64,000 bases of DNA from Phoronis australis (Eukaryota; Animalia; Phoronida), in assembly GCA_002633005.1 (NCBI GenBank), contig NMRA01000586.1:180212-244211 (forward strand), given 5' to 3'. A program made the position numbers and the translations under genes. Positions 50,301 through 59,300 of the stretch are shown piece by piece. Positions within the stretch are counted from its first letter, which is position 1, and every line of letters begins with the position of its first letter. The notes below the pieces were generated by a model that ran no database searches, was not told the DNA's origin, and saw only the letters and a list, made by a program, of their open reading frames with translations.

Positions 50301-53300
50301 ATTTAGTATATAGTGGTTGTTGTGTATTAATTAAGGGTATTAGTTGTTTACTGAAATTTATTGCCTCCTATGAGTGCATAGGAAATGAATCAGCATATTT
50401 GTCTCTAACCATGTGTTTATGCTCTGCTAGCAGAATTATGTAACTTTAAATTCACCGGAATTGGTCAACTGTGGGGTTAGCCAGTTCTGACAACAACAAT
50501 AGTCTTGTTATTATTCAGCAGAAATTACTTAAAGATTTGTCTGTCCGTGACCATATTTGNTATTTCTACTGTGAAGAAAACGACCAGTGAGTGTTTTTTC
50601 AGACGTCACCGACCACTGTGGCGTCTGTGGCCGTTTCTCCCAAACCTTCTGCAGGATCTTTATTAAAGTTAGCAAGTGTAATTGTATGAAGTTGACAACA
50701 GACAACTATGACATTTGTGCTGTTCCAACTACTGGTGCGTCCCCCCCACGCCCCCCATTTATTTTTTCACTGTATCTTTGACACTTCTTGGCTGATTTTC
50801 ATGAAATTTAATAAACAGGTTTCTATTAAACAGTCTGTAGGTTCCAGTTTTTTTCTTAGATTTGACATGTAATGGCCTTTATTATTATCGTGAAATTTTG
50901 TTAATAATTTTCTACCAAGTAGACGATGACACCTTCTCATTTTTGGGCGGATATGACGTATTCTGCGCTACCCAGTGGCCATTTTTGGCATCACCTTCTC
51001 CATCCACAAAACCGTTTGAAGTTTCATTAGACATATAATTTGGAGATGTGTTCCTGATTAGAAGACTGAGGCTGACATTGATTTTGGGACTGGTTCAACT
51101 ACTCTGCCTCCTCCTCGTAACTTAGTTCCTCGATGCTTTTTCATGAAATTTGGTGAACAAGTTTCTATTATGAAAATGGCAGTACCTTTTTTGTGATGGA
51201 ATTGACATGTTCTGAACCAATTACTGATCATGTTAATTATTTTTTGGTCTGTTTCTTGTCTGCTTCAATCTGTATCTGTCATACTGCTTACAGGATCATT
51301 GTGAAAATTGGCCGACTTTTTCACCAACGAGAGCATGACTGACGTGGATTTTCTAATGGGTCCAACTACTATCATGGTGCCTCTAGTGACATTTTTTGCA
51401 TCTATGGCTGTATCTCCTGAACGCCTTGCAAAACGTTGAAATTTTGTAATTGTATTCCTGCTAGCTTGACAACAGATGGCATACCTCAGTTTGGAAAATG
51501 GATTGAAATTCAGCAACTAGCACTTATCTCTATATTTTCACAGAACTTGCACTTCAGGTTGCGAGATATTTTTAGATGATAGTTTGGAGCTTAAGATGAA
51601 ATTTCTGACGTATTCATTTTTTATGAAACGGGTCTCTGTAGCCTAGTGTTGGTTGACCGTGTTGGTTTTCTACATCAGAACATCAAGCTGTCTGCCATCA
51701 AGGTAGACTCCAAGTTCACCACGACCACACAGATCGTGAAGCTGGTCGGTAGCCACACTGTCTCCAAGGTAACGGTCAAGGTCAGCGACCTGAAGCGGTC
51801 CAAGATGGTGCGTGTTCTCAACATCTTCTACAACAACCGTACGGTACAGGCAGTTGTGGAGCTGAAGAACAAGTGAGTTGTTGTTTCAATAATGATTAGA
51901 ATAATTCTGTCTGTACCTGCATATAGCCCCAAAAGTGTACCGAGTCACCCATTAAATCTTTATTAATAAACTTTATTCGAAATACGAGTCAGGTGCATAA
52001 CTGTGTCAGATCATACACAGTTTTTGCACTAACTGACCTTTCACCTTTGAACTCAGTTTGATCCAAAATCATTGCATAGGCCCTGCTACGGTGTCTGCAT
52101 TGTGAGTTCACTAACCTTAGAAAGACAATCCCACTTTGAACGCTGCACATTGAAATACAACCCTCAACTGCTGGGCACTGTGGACATAAACACTTTAAAG
52201 TGAATATGAAGTTTGTTGTCACAAGCAGGTATCAATTGACCCCAAAACGACTGACAGTAGTTGCAAATGATTGACAGCGGTTCCAAAAATGATTGACAGC
52301 AGTTGCAAATGATTAACAGCAGTTGCAAATGATTAACAGCAGTTGCAAATGATTGGCAGTAGTTACAGACTTAACACTTATGACATAGCAATTATGTTGT
52401 AAGATCTGGGGAAGGAAAAGAATAATTATAAACTAGAAAGATTATTGTCACGGCGTGACAATAATGGACTCTGCGCGCGCGTATTAAAGGAATTGTTATG
52501 GGAAGTTACTGACAGCAACCCCGTTTACCAAATTATGAAAAGAAATTCTTTAAAATTGTAGGAGTAATTACATGCTAATGTTTTGATGACCTTTCCACTA
52601 ACTGACCTCTTCCGGTGCATTATGAACCCCAGTGAGGGAATATTTGTGCAACCACTTTAAAGTATAGTTAATGCTAAGAATCACAGATGTTTTACTTTAA
52701 GCACTTAAGAATACAACATGAATTAATTGGTCAAACTTTCAGAAGAAAAATGCACCTAATGACCCCATGGATGCACCAAATGACCCAAAAATTTAGAATT
52801 CAAACTCAATTGCGTTTAGTAAACAGATATATAATTTTGAAGTCTCTAGCTCAAAATTTTAATTTTGCACTCAATGACCTTTGACCTATTTTTTCTGATT
52901 GGTTAGGCCTATTGCGTAGTTAAGTAGGTTGTTCAATTGGCATGTTGAGATACGCTAGTGTGCTGAAATTGAAATGAATTCCTTGAAAAACGTAAGAGAT
53001 ATAACTTTTTGAACGTTAACTGACCTTTGCACTAATTGACCCTATCCGGTGCATTATAAGCGTCTTTAGGAGAATTATTGCAAAGCCCATGGAAAATGTG
53101 TGTAATGCTGAGAATCACAGTTGTCTAACGGTTGACACATCAGTGTACTTGGAGAATGAAAAGGTCAAATTTTCAGAAGAAAAATGCACCTAATGNTTAA
53201 AACTGAAGGAGGAGTAGCATTTTGAAAATTACATGACCTTTGCACCAAATGACCTCTTCCGGTGCAATATGGAATATGATTATATAACCAATCAAAATTT

Positions 53301-56300
53301 ATATACTGTCAAAAGTCATATGCTGAATTTAAAGACCGTACCTGTACCCATTTTGGAGTTATTAGGTGTCAAAGTTGGTCGGAAGAAGAATAAGAAGAAT
53401 AAGAAGAATAAGAATAAGAATAAAATTGAAGAAAACCCAGGAACAACAGTACTCTGCGCTTACACGCGCAGAGTAATTACTTTGTTCGTATGCGTGACAT
53501 ACAGAGTAATTTGTAAGGAAGGTTGTAAAGACAAGCGGTTTGTTGATTGATTAGGTCTGTCTGTACTATGAGCTTCTTGTCCAGTCTGTTGTCTACATTT
53601 CGTGATTAGTCTCGCGTAGTCAGTGTTCACGCTATTGCCGTTAGCTAGCTACAATTTCAGTCAAATGCTACAAGTTGCTAATAGATTAAGAATCAAACTG
53701 TTGCTGAGAAGGCCCCTCCCCCNCTACTAGAAGGCCCCTCTCCCCCTACTAGAAGGTCCCACCCCCCCTACTACTAGTACTTGTGTGTGTTATACAATCT
53801 GTTGAAACCAGGCTTACTACACTCAATGTGTGCCCATGCATTTATATCCAAGTATCTGTCCTTAATTTGACATGCGTGTCATCTCATTATCTTGTCACCA
53901 TGAACATTTAGTTGATTGGTTCCATTGTTTATGTCATCCATGTTATTGACAGAAATGACCAAACACAAGGAATTAGTTACTGACTGTTTTACTGACTCGT
54001 ATTGGCTATCTGAAATGTTCGCATGCGGTGATTTTTTGAAAACTTATCTGGTGATACAGTGTTTTTAGTTGACCATATTTTCAAAACTCAAAATACAAAT
54101 TCACCTGATGCCAGTTATGTTAGGGTTGATCTAATCGCCAATTGTTCGGCAAGTATATCATGAGCCTTGTGATTATTTACACTAGAGACACCTGTGGTCA
54201 TCTTGTAAATTGGAATTGGAGAGCCATTGCCAAATCCCGAAAAACGAAGAACGATAATACAAAGGTTTAGTAATAAATTATAAGTTCTTGAGAAAATTAC
54301 GTATTAAATAGTCTAGTAGCTAATCGTGCGTGAAAACAGTGTTTGTGGGTTGAAACATAGCAGTAGGAAATGGGACGATGGAAAAACCCTTTTCTCAGAA
54401 GTTTAGCCATTTTGACTTTGTGCTATGGAACTGTTTCTACATATTTTAACAGAAACATAGAAAAATGACTAATGTTGTCAATTAGTAAATTGCAATCAAG
54501 CCAATCAACGACTACGTCAGGGCAGGGTTACATAAATTTAAGAGTGCATTGTTCAACAATAGCAATGTGACATCTGTTAATGCAATGTCGTTGTTGCTAT
54601 CCACCATATTACTGTGATACAGTCATGCTTACAAAGTGTTCTTTCAGAAGATGTCATTAGTAGTAATAATTATACAAATAAGCAAAATCTTCTTTTTATT
54701 CTTATCTATAATGAAAAGATATTTTGGAAGCTTTGCACCAAAATCTAATCCAAAGAACCAGGGGTTTTTATCCACTAAAAAATTGTGTACACTCTATATC
54801 ATTGCCACTGGTCTCTCCTTGAATCCTTACAATGAATGTATATCTCTTCTTTTATGACAGCTGTTTCAATAATGAGTTTCTGAAATTATTCTGCAGGACA
54901 ATATAAGTAATTATGGCACTTCTCATTTTCATAAGCTAATTAAAAGTGAATTTATAATTTGTGCATCTTATGCAGCCTTTTTTGTTTATTGAATCAGTTG
55001 ACAGGATTATGTGCAGTAGTTGCCATAGCAACTGCATTTTTTTAAAGTAGTGCAATTTCCATGTTTGTTTTCATGATAGACAAAACAGTATTTGCTTTAA
55101 GAAGTAATAAATTCTTCACAAATTTATTGGTGTTGTGATTGCAAAATACCTGGTTACCACGGTATGAAGCTCATTCAAACTTAGGAACTCCCTTAAGTTT
55201 TCGGGGAGTGCCACTAAAATAATGGTCGCCTGCTTCCAACATGACTGCCATCAAGCCTAAAATTGATGGTCTTGACTGAGAAAATTCCCGGTTACCATGG
55301 TAACACTGCCCATTTCATCTTAGCATTACAACTAAGTTCCAACAAAGCCAAAGCGTATACTCTGGACAAGGTTGCCTCCCTCTAACACAAATTTGTTCTC
55401 AAATGTGAACTTGCTGGCTTCGACCAGAACAATACTTGGTTACCATCCATAGGTTTCAATGGAGTACCACTGTATGATAAGTTTCAAGGGAGTACCACTG
55501 TACGTGCTTTGAGCGTGATTGCCTGCTTCTAAGATGACTGCGTCATCAAAAATGCTAATTTTGGCTTGTTGCCTATTAGTGAGAAAAATGTTTGTGATCA
55601 TCCTCTGTATCTGTGCTATATTTTGTTCACATGGTGGACACATATCAATGCTCGGTGTTGCTTGTGGTTGAATTGCCAGAAGAGTACTGGTTTGTCCTAT
55701 TGTTTCGGTTTGTTTGTTCAGATATTAATCTTCAATGAACGATGACTCACCTTTTTCACTTCCGTAGAAAAAATGACATCGTAAGCCATCTTTCATTACT
55801 GACCATTAATTAGTAAATAAGGATATCACTGTGTGTCGTGTGTGTTCATTCATTGGAGAGGTATCAAGTTATGACAGTGAGCACTTAGTCAGAGAACATC
55901 AGAGGTACTTCCTTGTTTATACTTTAAGTCACTGGAATCATAAAATTCCTTTTTGATGACAGACTGTGGAAATATTTGCTTTCTTTTTGCCAATACATTT
56001 TGTCTTCCGGTACATGACCTCATTACGCGTGACCTAATTAAACCTGTTCTTTTTGGTGTTTTACCTTCATTCTTCATTTAAATGATGATAAAGAAGCTTA
56101 GTTGGGTTCTGGTCTGTTTTTTTTTAATCAAGTCAATGATGAAGTATTTCAGTTGGCCACTTTCTCAAAAAAGACAATCTATATGAGACAAGAGAAATAA
56201 TGCCGGGTTTTTTGCTCACCGTTTGACAAATCATGGTGTTTCAAACCTTAATTACACTTTGTAGAAAGTGGCATGACAGATGGTTTGGTTCTGCTTAAGG

Positions 56301-59300
56301 TTGGAAACTTTATTCTGAGGTCAATTTTTGAGGATTTTGAACTCTTTGACAACATTGAGTTATTAATGCAACTGAAGACAGAGAGTGTACTAAGTTATAA
56401 ATACCACAGAAGACATTGTGTTACATTATAAAAACAACATAAGATATTTAGTTACATTTTAAATACAACAGAAGACATTGTGTTACATTATAAATACAAC
56501 AGAAGACATTATGTTATACTATAGATACAATATAAGACATTGTGTTATATTATAGATACAACAAAAGGTATTGTATTCATCATGTCAGTATTAGGACAGA
56601 CTGTACACCTTGCAGCTGACACGACTTCATTCTCTAACTGTCTCCTGTTTGACACACAGCTGGTTCAAGTATCACTTAAGGCCTCTCTTTTTTCAGTATG
56701 CAGTCTCTTCTCAATCTTTGCCTCAATAAATCTTGTGTTTGCCGTCACCCATACAGGAGGAATATTTTTGTTAAAAAGTCAGGCATCTAGTTTTACTATA
56801 CTACTCCAGTTCTCTTTGAGCTAGGATACATGGAATATTCCACTATGTGGCGCTACCATCTGGGACCGTTTCCAGAAGCACAGGACCTTCTTGTAGCCCT
56901 TGCGAAACTGTTGGCAACGCAGGCCATAGACAAAACTGTTAATGCAAGAATTCGCTAGTAACAGCCATGATGTGAAACGGAGAAACTGTGTCGGAAGACG
57001 GCGTTGGGGATCTACTACCAAGGTAATAGCGTGCGGCAGCCAGCAGCTGACAAAAATTAGGAATACAATTAAGAGAGTGCAGGCAGCTTTTTGCTTTTTG
57101 TCGATTACGCTTGAGGTGTGCACACGCCTGGCACTACGTATTTTCTTAAAGAGGCGTGCGTAGCAGACGCACGTGATGGTTGCCGGGAGGACAAAGCCCT
57201 GGAAACCAAGTAGGATATAGAAGATTTTGTGTTGAGATTTCACGGAACACGTGCCCATGGCAGGCATGTACTGAGCTGTTGAGTAGCCAATGATCGGCCC
57301 AAGAAGACTACAAAGTATCATGTATGTGTAGAGAATTCCTAATATGGCAGCCATCTTGGATTTGGTGAAGATGCGTTTGTATGTGATTTCTCCCTTGCAC
57401 ACGTTGATGTACCGGTTGACTGCAATCGTCATAATACTGTAGATGGACATGCCACCACTGAAGACAGAGAAAAAACTGACAATTTCACAGAGAGCAGTGC
57501 CCTCTGTGGTCTTGATTTCACCTGCCGACACGTTCATGAGGATTGTGGGTATAACGATGGTGACCATTAACAGGTCAGCCACGGCCAGGTTGATCACCAA
57601 AATGTTTCCGACTTTCTGTCTTGTCTCTTTCTGAATGACGAGAGCGCCAATGACTAGAATGTTTCCCAGGATGCCTATAACTATCATGGCCGACAGCACG
57701 ACTATCTCCACGTAGACTTTGACCATGTTGGATGTGCAGGCAAACTTTGAAGAACTTTCAATTCTGTTGTAGCTATGCTTGTTATGCTCGCGTCACCTGT
57801 TGGGGATTACAAAAACTCATGGGTGGTAAAAACTCAACACATTTCATATTACGCAAATAATCGCCAGAATTGTCCTTTTTAATTTTTTGTTATGAATAGA
57901 ATCGAATTTTCCAAATTTTTGCCAGACGTTGTCATATTGGGCAAAACAGGAATGTGGTGAGGCATCGGCTTGGTGAAACTTTTGTAGAAAAAATAAGAAA
58001 ATAAAACTTACTTATCTGGCACATTGTGAAAAGGTGACTGTTGTTTCTTACATGCTTTATCGAATTTTACAGATTCTGTTTATTAAATATCCCAGGCCTG
58101 TGATGTAATCTTTATATTGAACACGTGACTAAGAAATTGACCGTGGCATGGCATGTTTCGAGTAAACTTACAAATTTGTAGTCAACATGACACGAGTGGT
58201 AAAACTTTGACTCTTGAGTTCTGAGATCGTGCTGCAACCTTGATTACACGTGTGCAGAGCCACCTGTTGTATCTGTTCACAATGAACTGAACTTTAATTT
58301 TTATTTACATGACTGTGATTTTTATTAGTTCGCAAATTAAAAGTAAACATTGGAAACATGGATAGCGGCACGAGAAGTGATTAAATAAAGTTGATGAAAG
58401 CACACGCATAAAAACAGAAAGTACAAATTAATAAATCTAGGTGCAAAAATGATGATTATAAATTAAATAAGGATGAAAGACAGAAATAACAAAAGTAGAA
58501 AAGTTTTAGTAACAATATAACATGGACCATACACACACACTTTCACACACTCATGATTAAATAAAGTTGATGAAAGCACACGCATAAAAACAGAAAGTAC
58601 AAATTAATAAATCTAGGTGCAAAAATGATGATTATAAATTAAATAAGGATGAAAGACAGAAATAACAAAAGTAGCAAAGTTTTAATAACGATATAACATG
58701 GACCATACACACACACTTTCACACACTCATGATTTATCTCAAACTGTATATCATGTGTTGTGTTTAACACTATACATTAAGTGTTTCAACAAAATGATAT
58801 CCACATGTCCACCTGCTCATGAAAACATTTACAGCTTAGATCAAAATATGGAGAAGGGAAATTCCAAAATAATGTAAATGTCCCCCAAAAATGTAATATC
58901 AATACTTCTTAAATGTAAACATGTGGAAACACTCATTCAGTGTGTCACTTGTTGACAAACACCAACCTTGTAATCTAAAGGTGATGGGGGCATTGTACGG
59001 TATCGTATAGACTAGGTTAATGCCGTCTAATCTTTGTTCTTGCCTATTAATGTTTGAGTTGAAACAAGGTTCAGTGTCTTTTTGAAGTTTAGTTGAACAG
59101 TGTCTTTTTGAAGTTTAGTTGAACAGTGTATCTCCAAACACTTTTTAGTATTACGAAAACATGGCTTTGAATTTAATATTATTTGACCATAAATCCTGAT
59201 CTAAAACACCAGTATCCTTACTCTGTAAGCTAAGGAGTTTGGAAAAAGGTTTGTAATAATCAAAGTATTCATAGTATTCACTGGCTTTGTCTCAAATAAA

